Source of the DNA: a virus
Length of the DNA stretch: 64,000 nucleotides
IMG/VR virus record: IMGVR_UViG_3300027963_000043
Location: 69,592-133,591 of that record
Strand: one strand, 5' to 3'
Part shown: piece by piece, positions 1 to 9,434 of the stretch
Numbering within the stretch: position 1 is the stretch's first letter
Layout of the letters: the number at the start of each line of letters is the position of its first letter
The notes under the pieces: generated by a model
What the model saw: only the letters and a program-made list of their open reading frames with translations
Database searches by the model: none
What the model was told of the DNA's origin: nothing
Program-made: the position numbers and the translations under genes

Positions 1-2502
1 TATACAATCATCTCTTTTTGAGCCCTTCGCAATAACAATATTTCCCTCTTCAAAAGCTTTATTATTCAATAATTTATTATTCTCGATATTATCATTGAAT
101 ATTAATACGCTAATTGAGCTGGTTTCATCTGATATTTTTAACCTTACATATCTAGTTTTCTTTTCATTTTTAGATACGCCAGTATATACTTCTTCTATTT
201 GACCAACAAATGCTACTTTGCTATTAACTGGTTCTTGTATAATATCGCTAATATATTTAAGATTTTCTCTCTTCTCTGCAAAGATGTCTCTTAAATTTTT
301 ATTATATGTATACCCCAAAAGCTTCTTTTCGTAATACCAGTTAGCAAAACTTTCGCTTTTGCTGTTCTGATTATAGATTTCAAGATATGGGGCATATTTT
401 GCTTTGATAGTATTTAATCTTGTATCTTTAATAACTAAATGATTCTTTTCATCAGTAAACTTGTTAAGATGCTTAATAATTTTAATTAAGTCATAATCAA
501 ACTTGTCTGCGAATGAAATTGAATACTTCTTCTCTTTAGCGGTTAAAATATTCCATAATTGAGCTTCTAATACGATTTTACTTCTAGATTGATTAAAGCC
601 ACTTAATGCTCCTGCTTGAATCAATGAGGACAATACTCCAATATTAAGATTCGCTTCTTCGGCTGCTTGGAAAATTTCAAATTTATTAGAATATTTATTT
701 CTAAAACTATTTAATTTTTCAATAGATTTATCACTAATTCCTTTGATAGATAATAAGCCGAATCTAATGTCTTTATGTTCTATTGAGAAATCCATTTCTG
801 ATTTAATAATATGAGGTGGGAGAAGCTTGATATCAAATTCATGCATTTCTTTTTGAATCTTGGAAATTTCACCAATTGGATCTGGTTCGTTTCTAGTCAT
901 TTTTAATAAAGATAAAAAGAATTGTTGAGGATAATTGAATTTTAAATAAATTGTTACAGCTGCTAAAGCTGCATACGCCAATGAATGACTCTTATTAAAT
1001 GAGTAGTTAGCGGAATCTTCTAAAATTTTCCATAGAATTTCTCCTACTTCTTTAGGTATTTTATTTTCTTTAATCTTTGATTCGATCTTCTTTTTCCAAG
1101 CTTTAATTTCTTCCGTTTTCTTTTTACCTACTATTCTTCTTAGAATTTCTGCTTCATCTAAAGTAAATCCGATCTTGTTTGCCATCTTCATCAATTGCTC
1201 TTGATACAATGCTACTCCACCAGTTTGTTTTAGAATGTCATCAAAGAACGGATGAATACTTTCTGATTGTTGATAATTTGTATGAGCAGCATATTTATCT
1301 ACGAATTGTAATGCTCCAGGTCTTGCTAAGGCTAATACTCCACTAAGTTCTTCAAGATTCTTCGGTTTTACTTTTTGGCAAACTCTAAAATTTGTCTCCG
1401 CTTCAATTTGAAATAAACCATGAGGAGATTTTAAATCTTGTAGATTTCTATAGATAGATTCATGATTTAAATCAATATCTTCTACTTTAATACCGATGTT
1501 TCTACAAACATCATCTACAACCGACACGCTTCTTAATCCCAAGATATCAAGTTTAATATTAAATAAACTAACCCAATTCATATCAAAACTTGAAACTGGT
1601 TCTTTATCAGAAGAAAATTCTGTTGGACATACTGTTTCTAAATCATAGTAAGAAAGTAGAACTCCTGATGGATGAACTCCTTTATTTTTAATTAAATCTC
1701 TTAATTTTAAAGCAATTCGAAATGTTTCTTTATTCTCATCGCACCAATCTTTAAATTTTTCTACTTCTTCATATGCAGTATTAATATCTTTAACTTGACC
1801 GAATACTTTTGGAATCAAAGAAGATATATTAGTCATTTCCTCTTCCGTCTTTTCTCCAACAATCTTTCCGCATTCTTTAATTAAGAGTTTTCCGCTCAAA
1901 GTATTAAGAGTTAAGATTTTGCTAGTTTTACCTTTAAATTTAGATTCTAAATACTGTAATACTTTTTGACGATTATAATAACAAATGTCCAAATCAACGT
2001 CACACATCAAACTACCATCAAGATATGTTATTTCATCAATAACCTGCTTTTTAGCTCGAATCTTGGATATAAATCTTTCGAAATAAAGGTCATATTTAAC
2101 TGGATCAATTCTAGTTACGCCAACTAGATAAAGAATAAGTGAACCAGCTGCGGAGCCTCTACCGAGTCCAACTGGTATATTATTTGTTTTACAAAAATTA
2201 ATAACATCCCATACTAATAAAACATAATCTGTGAATCCTAGTTCTTTTAATGTTTCTAGTTCGTATTTCGCTCTATCAATATATTTCTTATAATCTTTAT
2301 TATCTTTTTCTATTTTTAACTCTTTGAAGCCATTTAAAGCTAATGCTCTAAGAAAATCATAATTAGAGACATCTTCGCTAATATTAAGATGCCTTTTTAA
2401 AGAACCATCAATATTAAACTCTGGAAGTCTTACTCCATGCAATCCAAGATCAGTTGTAGTAAATTTGTTACAAAATAACTCGTCTTTTAAAATATTACTC
2501 AT
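1..2502 (-). CDS. dnaE: DNA polymerase III alpha subunit, catalytic part without PHP domain; runs off the window edge
   Basis: Manual translation from ATG at 2502 (MSNILKDELF...): GRGSAAGSL, LYFERF, CDVDLD, HPSG, KLDILGL, FNKSHS motifs; frame open to position 1; absent from ORF track. Confidence 0.97.
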   Translation of the reverse strand, partial: MSNILKDELFCNKFTTTDLGLHGVRLPEFNIDGSLKRHLNISEDVSNYDFLRALALNGFKELKIEKDNKDYKKYIDRAKYELETLKELGFTDYVLLVWDVINFCKTNNIPVGLGRGSAAGSLILYLVGVTRIDPVKYDLYFERFISKIRAKKQVIDEITYLDGSLMCDVDLDICYYNRQKVLQYLESKFKGKTSKILTLNTLSGKLLIKECGKIVGEKTEEEMTNISSLIPKVFGQVKDINTAYEEVEKFKDWCDENKETFRIALKLRDLIKNKGVHPSGVLLSYYDLETVCPTEFSSDKEPVSSFDMNWVSLFNIKLDILGLRSVSVVDDVCRNIGIKVEDIDLNHESIYRNLQDLKSPHGLFQIEAETNFRVCQKVKPKNLEELSGVLALARPGALQFVDKYAAHTNYQQSESIHPFFDDILKQTGGVALYQEQLMKMANKIGFTLDEAEILRRIVGKKKTEEIKAWKKKIESKIKENKIPKEVGEILWKILEDSANYSFNKSHSLAYAALAAVTIYLKFNYPQQFFLSLLKMTRNEPDPIGEISKIQKEMHEFDIKLLPPHIIKSEMDFSIEHKDIRFGLLSIKGISDKSIEKLNSFRNKYSNKFEIFQAAEEANLNIGVLSSLIQAGALSGFNQSRSKIVLEAQLWNILTAKEKKYSISFADKFDYDLIKIIKHLNKFTDEKNHLVIKDTRLNTIKAKYAPYLEIYNQNSKSESFANWYYEKKLLGYTYNKNLRDIFAEKRENLKYISDIIQEPVNSKVAFVGQIEEVYTGVSKNEKKTRYVRLKISDETSSISVLIFNDNIENNKLLNNKAFEEGNIVIAKGSKRDDCI

Positions 2503-2719
2503 CGTCTTCCTCTTCATCTTGTTTGTCTATATTATCTATTTCTTTATTGAACGCTGATAATCCAGTCGCTAATATCTTCATCGAAGCTCTATCTTTTAAG
2601 CTAAAGAATACATCTGCCTTACCTTGTTTTTTGCCTTTTTGAACAGTGATAAGAAGATATTCTATTCCACCATCTTCTAATTTTTGGATTATATCGTAAA
2701 TATCGTCTAGTGATGCCAT
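2495..2719 (-). CDS. Hypothetical 74-aa protein with acidic C-terminus
   Basis: ORF fits between exonuclease and dnaE; stop overlaps dnaE start. Confidence 0.75.
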   Translation of the reverse strand: MASLDDIYDIIQKLEDGGIEYLLITVQKGKKQGKADVFFSLKDRASMKILATGLSAFNKEIDNIDKQDEEEDDE

Positions 2720-2720
2720 A

Positions 2721-3359
2721 TTATACCTCTAACTGCCACTTCAATTTATTCCATACTTTTAAATTCAAGTCAAGATCATTAATGGCATCATGAAGTTTTT
2801 CATAATCATGCTCTATTCCATTTTCTTTTCCTAGGAAAGTCAAAGAACTTTTAACATTCTTTTTTCTAGTATGAAGAATTTTATACTGATATTCTATTAA
2901 ATTATCTTTTGAATTATAAGGCATCTCATATTTTATGCCTCTAGCTATCGCGTTTGTATCAATAAACTTATCTACAAGATGATGCCAATTGCAGCCCATA
3001 TATTTATAATACTCTTTTATAAGATAAATGTCAAATCCAAGAGTATTGTGTCCAATAATATAATCTGCATTATCTAGCCAATCTTTAATCGTTGGAAATA
3101 TTTCTTTTGGATCAAAACCCTCCTTTTGAACTTTTTTATGATCATATCTTGTAATTCTCGCCGCATCTTGACTTATTTTTAAATCTGTTTGCCATTTTAA
3201 ATAAAAATTCTTTTGATCAATTTTCTTATCTCCTTGAACCTTCAGCATCGCAATTTGCCAAGGTAAATTATGACAAAAATTTAAACAAAGATTAAATGTT
3301 TCACAATCAATAAAAACTAATTTTTTATTTTTATCGTATCTTAAAAGATGTTCGTCCAT
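2721..3359 (-). CDS. DEDDh 3'-5' exonuclease (DnaQ/epsilon-like proofreading subunit)
   Basis: ExoI FIDCET, ExoII HNTLGFD, ExoIII HDAINDL; probable start ATG 3359. Confidence 0.9.
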   Translation of the reverse strand: MDEHLLRYDKNKKLVFIDCETFNLCLNFCHNLPWQIAMLKVQGDKKIDQKNFYLKWQTDLKISQDAARITRYDHKKVQKEGFDPKEIFPTIKDWLDNADYIIGHNTLGFDIYLIKEYYKYMGCNWHHLVDKFIDTNAIARGIKYEMPYNSKDNLIEYQYKILHTRKKNVKSSLTFLGKENGIEHDYEKLHDAINDLDLNLKVWNKLKWQLEV

Positions 3360-3360
3360 A

Positions 3361-4107
3361 TTATCTTTTTTCCTTCCAACTTTCAAAGGAAAATTCATTG
3401 CTGCTCATATGCTCTATATCTGGTTTATTCAATACACTTCTATTATTAATGCATCTAAATGTAAGGTATGTTTTGAAATCTTTTCGATCAGTATAATAAA
3501 TACTTTTTGTATTAAAAACTTCTAGTTTATTCTTTTCTGCGAATGATAGCATTTTATCTTTAATAAGAAAATCAAAAGGTAGTTCGTTCTGTTCAATAAA
3601 TACTACTGGTTTAGTAAAGTCTATTTGAGGAACGCATATACTATTTTTTAGAGTATTATTGAATATGAAAGAATCATAGAATGGAATACCAATAATTAGA
3701 TCATCTGACCAGTTATTCTTTATTGTTTTATAATCTAGTCTAGGTTCATAATAAAAACCATCTTTTGCGCCAATACTAAATAGTTTAGTTAAAGATTCAT
3801 AGCCTTTTTTATTTTTAAAGAAAAGTATAAGTTTTGAGTTTTTAATTCTTGATTCATCAGTTTTATCAGCCATCGATTCTGTAACCGAAATTCTTAATCC
3901 ATAATTCAATTTAATATCATTGTTCTTGCAATTTGTATAAGCTTCAAGAAATGATGACATATTATCCTCTACTAGGAATATCTCTTTTAATTTATTTTGT
4001 TTGGCTATTTGAATAATAGAATCTGGATATTCATCTCTTTCAGACTTATCCTCTAGAGTAAGAATAGATCTTCCTAAAGAATAATGAGATTTAAATAAAG
4101 GTATCAT
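3361..4107 (-). CDS. Stand-alone PHP domain of DNA polymerase III alpha
   Basis: MIPLFKSHYS...SIL N-terminus, EDNMSSF, YYEPRLD resemble the DnaE PHP domain; promoter points to ATG 4107. Confidence 0.85.
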   Translation of the reverse strand: MIPLFKSHYSLGRSILTLEDKSERDEYPDSIIQIAKQNKLKEIFLVEDNMSSFLEAYTNCKNNDIKLNYGLRISVTESMADKTDESRIKNSKLILFFKNKKGYESLTKLFSIGAKDGFYYEPRLDYKTIKNNWSDDLIIGIPFYDSFIFNNTLKNSICVPQIDFTKPVVFIEQNELPFDFLIKDKMLSFAEKNKLEVFNTKSIYYTDRKDFKTYLTFRCINNRSVLNKPDIEHMSSNEFSFESWKEKR

Positions 4108-4139
4108 TTTTACCAATATAACAGGATTTTATAAATATA

Positions 4140-5105
4140 TCAATCTAAAAATTCATCTTTTGAGTCATCAGGAAACTCATTTTTAGCAGAACTAGTTTGA
4201 AATTTGGGACATCCTTCGTATGTTCGAGTTTCTACTTTAAATCCTTCAATATCTTTAAAATTATCTTCTAGACTAGTTTCTACAACTTCGCCTTTATCAT
4301 TTACTTTGACATAATATTTATATGGATCTTTATATGGGCATTTCCATCCACCAACTTGACACATCCATTTATTCTTAACGCTATCTATTGCAAAATTTGA
4401 TCTGGCTGATTCTTCATCAAACTTATTAACATAATCATTAATATGCTCAAGATAATGCTCGAATCCCTTAATTTGATTATCATCAAATACTAATTCTTGA
4501 ATTGGTTGTTTTGGAAATCTAAGAAATAAAAATTTAACAATAGGTTTTAATTTTGGCCATAATTTTTTACTTGCTAGACTGTACATCATAGCTTGAATAT
4601 TGGCTTCAAGGTCATCACCCCTAAACTTATATTTGGAGCTTTTATAATCAATTATGTGCATTTCTTTTTTGATTTTAACTGGCTTATCTATAAAACCACG
4701 AATATGATATTTAGGTTCATCATTCTGAATATTAAAATCATATTCTGGCTTAACTATCTCGCCACCTTCTCCAAAGAAATCATTTTTAAGACCAACCAAA
4801 ATCATATCATTTAATAATTTATAATTGCTTTCGTCTAGTTTGACTTTTAATGATAACTTTTTAACTAGTCTATTTATTCCTTCGTCTCCATCAATTGCAT
4901 TCTTTTTTATTATTCTTTTATAATTTTTAAGGTGTCTTTTATTTAAAAGTAGTTCGAAAACTGTATGGCAAATTGTTCCTCTTAATGCTCCGTCGTTTTG
5001 ACTTTGTGGAACTTTGGTATGATAGTTGTTCCAGTAGACCCAAGAACAAGTCTCAAGAGTTTTGATTCTAGAGGCTGATAATACTTTTAAAGATTGTTTT
5101 TCCAT
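4140..5105 (-). CDS. PD-(D/E)XK nuclease, RecB/AddB/Cas4-like, possible Fe-S cluster
   Basis: LSASRI..LETC, GTICH, GFIDKP, IIDYKSSK; one N-terminal and three C-terminal Cys. Confidence 0.85.
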   Translation of the reverse strand: MEKQSLKVLSASRIKTLETCSWVYWNNYHTKVPQSQNDGALRGTICHTVFELLLNKRHLKNYKRIIKKNAIDGDEGINRLVKKLSLKVKLDESNYKLLNDMILVGLKNDFFGEGGEIVKPEYDFNIQNDEPKYHIRGFIDKPVKIKKEMHIIDYKSSKYKFRGDDLEANIQAMMYSLASKKLWPKLKPIVKFLFLRFPKQPIQELVFDDNQIKGFEHYLEHINDYVNKFDEESARSNFAIDSVKNKWMCQVGGWKCPYKDPYKYYVKVNDKGEVVETSLEDNFKDIEGFKVETRTYEGCPKFQTSSAKNEFPDDSKDEFLD

Positions 5106-5992
5106 TTAACTATTTCTTCTTTAGTCATCTCACCAAAATCTTTCTTAGGTGGTAGAGCTATTTTTAGTTGGCTTTTGTCAAAGTATCTACTCAATCTTGC
5201 TTGAGTTTTTTCCGCTGCAATATTTCCAGCGTTATTTTTATTAGAATCATTATTTAAACTTATATAAATCTTTTTTGGATCAAGTTTTAAACAGTAATTT
5301 AAAATCGCTAAACTTAAACTAGTTCCAAATGTAACCAGAGTATTCTTAACTCCAGCTTGCCATAGACTCAACATATCTCCAATGCTTTCGACTAAGATAA
5401 GTTCTTTTTCTTGTTGTATAATTTCTGAGTTGACGAATAATGGATAAACAAACTCTGTTTTCTCACCAATATGCTTCCACTTTATTTTAGATAAATTAGT
5501 AATATCTCTTCCAGAAAATCCTATAATATTATTCTTAGCATTAAAAATAGGAAACACATACCTGTTCTTCATCTTTCCCATTTTTGCAACTCCACCTTTA
5601 AAAACTTTAAGTGTTTCAATATCAACATCTCTTTTGAGCCAATAGGTTTGATCATCTTCTAGTCTAGAAAGGATTTCTGTGTCAAATTTTTTAGAAGATT
5701 TTATAAGTGGTTTTTGAGGTTCTGTTGGGTTTTTAAATGCAAAGTTTTTATTTTTAAGCCATTCTTGAGCTTCGCTTGGGTTTTCTAATTTAAGCGTTAA
5801 TTTAACTAACGAGTTTATGTCTCCACTCATATTCTGTTTGAAGTCAACCCATTTACCAGTATCTTTATAGATTCTTAACACGGAGTCATTATCGCTATCC
5901 CTATACAAAGGTTTAGCTCTAAATTCTTTTCCGCAATCTTTTAATTGATAACCAAGATCAGTTAAGATTTGGTATACATTTAATTCTTCCAT
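5087..5992 (-). CDS. dnaG: DNA primase (DnaG-type Toprim)
   Basis: RYVFPI, IGFSGRD, ILVESIGDML, LNND Toprim motifs. Confidence 0.9.
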   Translation of the reverse strand: MEELNVYQILTDLGYQLKDCGKEFRAKPLYRDSDNDSVLRIYKDTGKWVDFKQNMSGDINSLVKLTLKLENPSEAQEWLKNKNFAFKNPTEPQKPLIKSSKKFDTEILSRLEDDQTYWLKRDVDIETLKVFKGGVAKMGKMKNRYVFPIFNAKNNIIGFSGRDITNLSKIKWKHIGEKTEFVYPLFVNSEIIQQEKELILVESIGDMLSLWQAGVKNTLVTFGTSLSLAILNYCLKLDPKKIYISLNNDSNKNNAGNIAAEKTQARLSRYFDKSQLKIALPPKKDFGEMTKEEIVKWKNNL

Positions 5993-6636
5993 TCTAAAGC
6001 CTCACTTATTGTTGGAAATTCTTTGATGAAAATCTTCTTGCATTTTTCCGCAATCATTCTGTGTTCTTTTTGAGTATTTTGTTCTGTTCTCAATTCAATA
6101 TAATGAATCCAGCTTCTTAATGAACCTTTCATGTACATTGTAGTTTGAGTCGTTAGGGGTAATATCATTCTTGCTACTTCTTTTGCAACTCCATTTTCAA
6201 TCATGGTATCGTAACAATGTTGAGAAAGCGACAAAGATTCTATTAGAAGTTCATTAACTTTATCATATGCATCTGTATTTGTTTTCATAAGAATTTCGCC
6301 TACTTGTCTATTCTTATCTCCTTGTAGTCTAAGTTCAATATCTTCAAATTCATTCGCAACACTATATCTTTGACTAAACTCTTGAAAACTAAATGATCTA
6401 TGTCTAAGAATTTGCGCTGCAATCCCTCTGCTAGTTTTAATTTCAACACACATATCAACAAGTTCAAATGGACTCCAATGCTTGTGTTTAATTAAGAATT
6501 TTAATAGCTTTGGAGCAGTTTCAACATTCATCTGATTAGATGGATTGCTGACTCTAGCGCAAAATGCCACCAAATCTTCTGGATTTTTAATTCCTTTGAT
6601 TTCTGGTTTTGTAATTGATACTAAGTCTACGTTCAT
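5980..6636 (-). CDS. thyX: Flavin-dependent thymidylate synthase
   Basis: RHRSFSFQEFSQRY signature, KEVARMILP, HQ/HR-type C-terminus. Confidence 0.98.
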   Translation of the reverse strand: MNVDLVSITKPEIKGIKNPEDLVAFCARVSNPSNQMNVETAPKLLKFLIKHKHWSPFELVDMCVEIKTSRGIAAQILRHRSFSFQEFSQRYSVANEFEDIELRLQGDKNRQVGEILMKTNTDAYDKVNELLIESLSLSQHCYDTMIENGVAKEVARMILPLTTQTTMYMKGSLRSWIHYIELRTEQNTQKEHRMIAEKCKKIFIKEFPTISEALEWKN

Positions 6637-8117
6637 AATAGTTCTCCGTCATTTGCATTTGCGTCATTAAGTTCGTATTGTTCTCTTTGACGCTCTGCTA
6701 CATCTGCAAGTGATCCTCTTTCTTCGATGTTAAAGTTTTGAACATTATAATTTAAATAATTTTGTGACCAGACTTCTTTACCAGTACAATCCAATCTTCT
6801 AACCAAATCTTGGTGACCAGCTGCATCTTTTCCTTGGAATCTGGTTTTAGTAGGAATTAACTTATGAGTTCCAAACGCTTGACCATCAAGAGTAATCTCG
6901 TCTAGAGTTTTTCTTCTAAAGATTGCTACGAATGACGCAAACCATTGTAATCTATCTGAAAGTGAAATCACAGAGCTATCATCCACAACCTCTGAACCTT
7001 TTCTATTGAAACTTTCGCCAGTTCTATTTAATTGCATAGCTGTAATAATTGGACAATGAATTTCTTCTGAAATTCTTTTTAACTTATCAATCTTATCTCC
7101 AATTGCTTGATGCTCTGCCCAATTTTGGCCTACTTTTTCTCCAGTTAATTTAATATAATCATAAGCAATCATAGCTTGGTTTCCTCTCCCAACTTTAGAA
7201 AGATACCATCTGCGAATAATAGAGCATACTTGATCAATATTTTTATTTCCTACATGATAATGAAAGTACTCATATTTTTTAACTTTCTCCCAAGCCTCTC
7301 TAACTTTCTTGGTCATTTCTTCATTTTTGCGCCAATTACCAGTTTCAAGATACCAAACTGGAACTCCACTCAAAGATGCAACCATTCTTAATTGAATATC
7401 TACGGTTTGCATTTCAGTATCAAGAATAAGAGTTTTAGTTTTATTTTTAGGATTAATAGAGGTCTTAAAGCAAATATCATTTAACCAAGTTGATTTTCCT
7501 TGACCTGGCCTACTTGCAATGGCATAAATATTACCATTCTTTAAACCACCATACATTCTATTAAATTCAGAATATGGAGTTATAAGTCCAGTATCTTCTT
7601 TTGGACTATTGCCGATTTCTTCGATAAGATCTTCAACTCCCTCGAAAATATTAATTGGCATATCATTCTCTGAATAAGAAGAGATCTTTTTATTATAAAT
7701 CTGATCTATTTTAGTAATAATAGAATCAAGAGACTCATCTGAATTTTTTGTTACATATTCTTTAAGTTTATCTGCTGTTGAGGAAATCTCTCTTCTAACT
7801 CGTAGCTTAATAAGTTCCTTGCATGCTTCCATCGTAGCTTCTTGAGTTATTTGGGAAAAGCTTAAATTATCAATATAATCGAATATATTAATCTCATCTT
7901 TAAATGAAATTCCAAGATTTTTAATCTTTTCAGCTAATAATACTTTATCTACGTTTTCACCTTTATGCTTAATATTCTTGAATATTGAATAAATAGTAGA
8001 ATGAACATCGTTATAGAAATCATTCTCTGATAAAAATACATCAATATCTGCAAATAAATCTTGATGCTTTAATAGCCCGCTTAAAACGTGTCTTTCTACT
8101 TGTAAAGAATAAATCAT
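6633..8117 (-). CDS. dnaB: Replicative DNA helicase
   Basis: Walker A ASRPGQGKST, DTEM, YDYIKL, MQLNR motifs. Confidence 0.96.
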   Translation of the reverse strand: MIYSLQVERHVLSGLLKHQDLFADIDVFLSENDFYNDVHSTIYSIFKNIKHKGENVDKVLLAEKIKNLGISFKDEINIFDYIDNLSFSQITQEATMEACKELIKLRVRREISSTADKLKEYVTKNSDESLDSIITKIDQIYNKKISSYSENDMPINIFEGVEDLIEEIGNSPKEDTGLITPYSEFNRMYGGLKNGNIYAIASRPGQGKSTWLNDICFKTSINPKNKTKTLILDTEMQTVDIQLRMVASLSGVPVWYLETGNWRKNEEMTKKVREAWEKVKKYEYFHYHVGNKNIDQVCSIIRRWYLSKVGRGNQAMIAYDYIKLTGEKVGQNWAEHQAIGDKIDKLKRISEEIHCPIITAMQLNRTGESFNRKGSEVVDDSSVISLSDRLQWFASFVAIFRRKTLDEITLDGQAFGTHKLIPTKTRFQGKDAAGHQDLVRRLDCTGKEVWSQNYLNYNVQNFNIEERGSLADVAERQREQYELNDANANDGELL

Positions 8118-8158
8118 CCTTTATATATGATACCAAACTAGAAATTAAAAGTCAAGTT

Positions 8159-8422
8159 TTAATCTTCTTCTTCTGAATCTTCTTCTTCGTTTTTTCTGGC
8201 TATTAAATCAGTAGTAGCTTCCAAATTAAGTTGATCTATGCTTTGTCCCCATGTATTTAAATAATACAATAAAGCCATAGCATTTATTTGATTATCAAAT
8301 TTTGTATATACTTGCGGTTCACCTTTATTAGAGAAATTAAAAAGAATATAACCACCAAAACTACATTCATCAATTTGTTTTAAAAGAGAGGCTGGAAAAT
8401 TAAATTTTTTTTTATTTGTCAC
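8159..8422 (-). CDS. Hypothetical 87-aa protein, acidic tail
   Basis: ORF with GTG start 9 nt downstream of a GTGTAA motif. Confidence 0.7.
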   Translation of the reverse strand: MTNKKKFNFPASLLKQIDECSFGGYILFNFSNKGEPQVYTKFDNQINAMALLYYLNTWGQSIDQLNLEATTDLIARKNEEEDSEEED

Positions 8423-8437
8423 CAGAAAATTTTACAC

Positions 8438-8857
8438 TTAAATAATTAATATTCCGCACTTTTCTTCTATATATTGTGGTGATAGGTTTTTTAAATCGTT
8501 TTCGTAGAGTTCTAAAAACTTAAATCCATTCATTTCTAGCCATTTTTCCTTTTTAACATCTCTTTTTATACTTTGAAGATATTTTAATCTGGAATTGTCG
8601 TGAAAGAACTTATTAAAGCTCTCATGTTGATCGCCTTGTATCTCAACCGCTATCTTTTTAGTTGCATTTAATAAATCTACTTTAAGCATGCTTCCATAAA
8701 CTGGAAACTCCTCATATACAATATGATTTTTCCAGTAAGGATAGAAGAATTGCTTGAATTTAAATTGCAATTTGCTCCTGCATTTTCCATCCCAATTTAT
8801 TTCATAATTTCTTACGTTCTTATTAACGAGTTTCCCATTAATATTTAGTAATCTCAT
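8438..8857 (-). CDS. Small PD-(D/E)XK endonuclease (DUF559/Vsr-like)
   Basis: EEFPV, KVDLL, IAVEIQGDQH, RDVKK motifs. Confidence 0.8.
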   Translation of the reverse strand: MRLLNINGKLVNKNVRNYEINWDGKCRSKLQFKFKQFFYPYWKNHIVYEEFPVYGSMLKVDLLNATKKIAVEIQGDQHESFNKFFHDNSRLKYLQSIKRDVKKEKWLEMNGFKFLELYENDLKNLSPQYIEEKCGILII

Positions 8858-8858
8858 T

Positions 8859-9428
8859 TTAATTTTTAAATAAAAACCAACTTTTCCAAGGCAACTCTTC
8901 CTTTGTACTGTATACTTTTAAAGCGTTTTCTTCTGCAAATTCATCTACTGCTTGCTTAACTCCAAACACAGTAGAATACCATCCGTCATTTCCATTCAAA
9001 TAATCATGTCCAGAGAATAAACCATTTTTCTTAAGTTTAGGAAACCATTTAATTAAATCATTTTTTACTGGTTCATAAGCGTGATTTGCATCTATATAAA
9101 TAAAATCAAAAAAATTATCTTCAAAAAAATTAACAAATTCATCTGCGTAACCTTTGATAATTCTAACATTTTTAAATGAGTTTGAGATATTAGAGATTGT
9201 GTTAATCATATACTGAGCGTGCGTGCCATTATCAAAATTAGATATATCTTGATATTCTGAATTTGATTGTTGATCCCAGCAATCTAGTAAATATAACTTA
9301 AGATTACTACAATTTTCTAAAATATGTTTAGCAAAAATACCCTGCTGCACTCCAATTTCAATACCATTTCCACTTGGTTTAAGTATTTTAATTAATTCGT
9401 CTCTACTTGATACATTTTCTAAATCCAT
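8859..9428 (-). CDS. Class I SAM-dependent methyltransferase (Methyltransf_24-like)
   Basis: GIEIGVQQG, FDFIYIDANHAYE, GHDY, GVKQAVDEF. Confidence 0.88.
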   Translation of the reverse strand: MDLENVSSRDELIKILKPSGNGIEIGVQQGIFAKHILENCSNLKLYLLDCWDQQSNSEYQDISNFDNGTHAQYMINTISNISNSFKNVRIIKGYADEFVNFFEDNFFDFIYIDANHAYEPVKNDLIKWFPKLKKNGLFSGHDYLNGNDGWYSTVFGVKQAVDEFAEENALKVYSTKEELPWKSWFLFKN

Positions 9429-9434
9429 AATAAT

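Noticed and set aside
4140-5105. CRISPR-Cas system because of the Cas4-like nuclease
   Set aside because: Single gene inside a replication operon; no array or other cas genes seen in the window.
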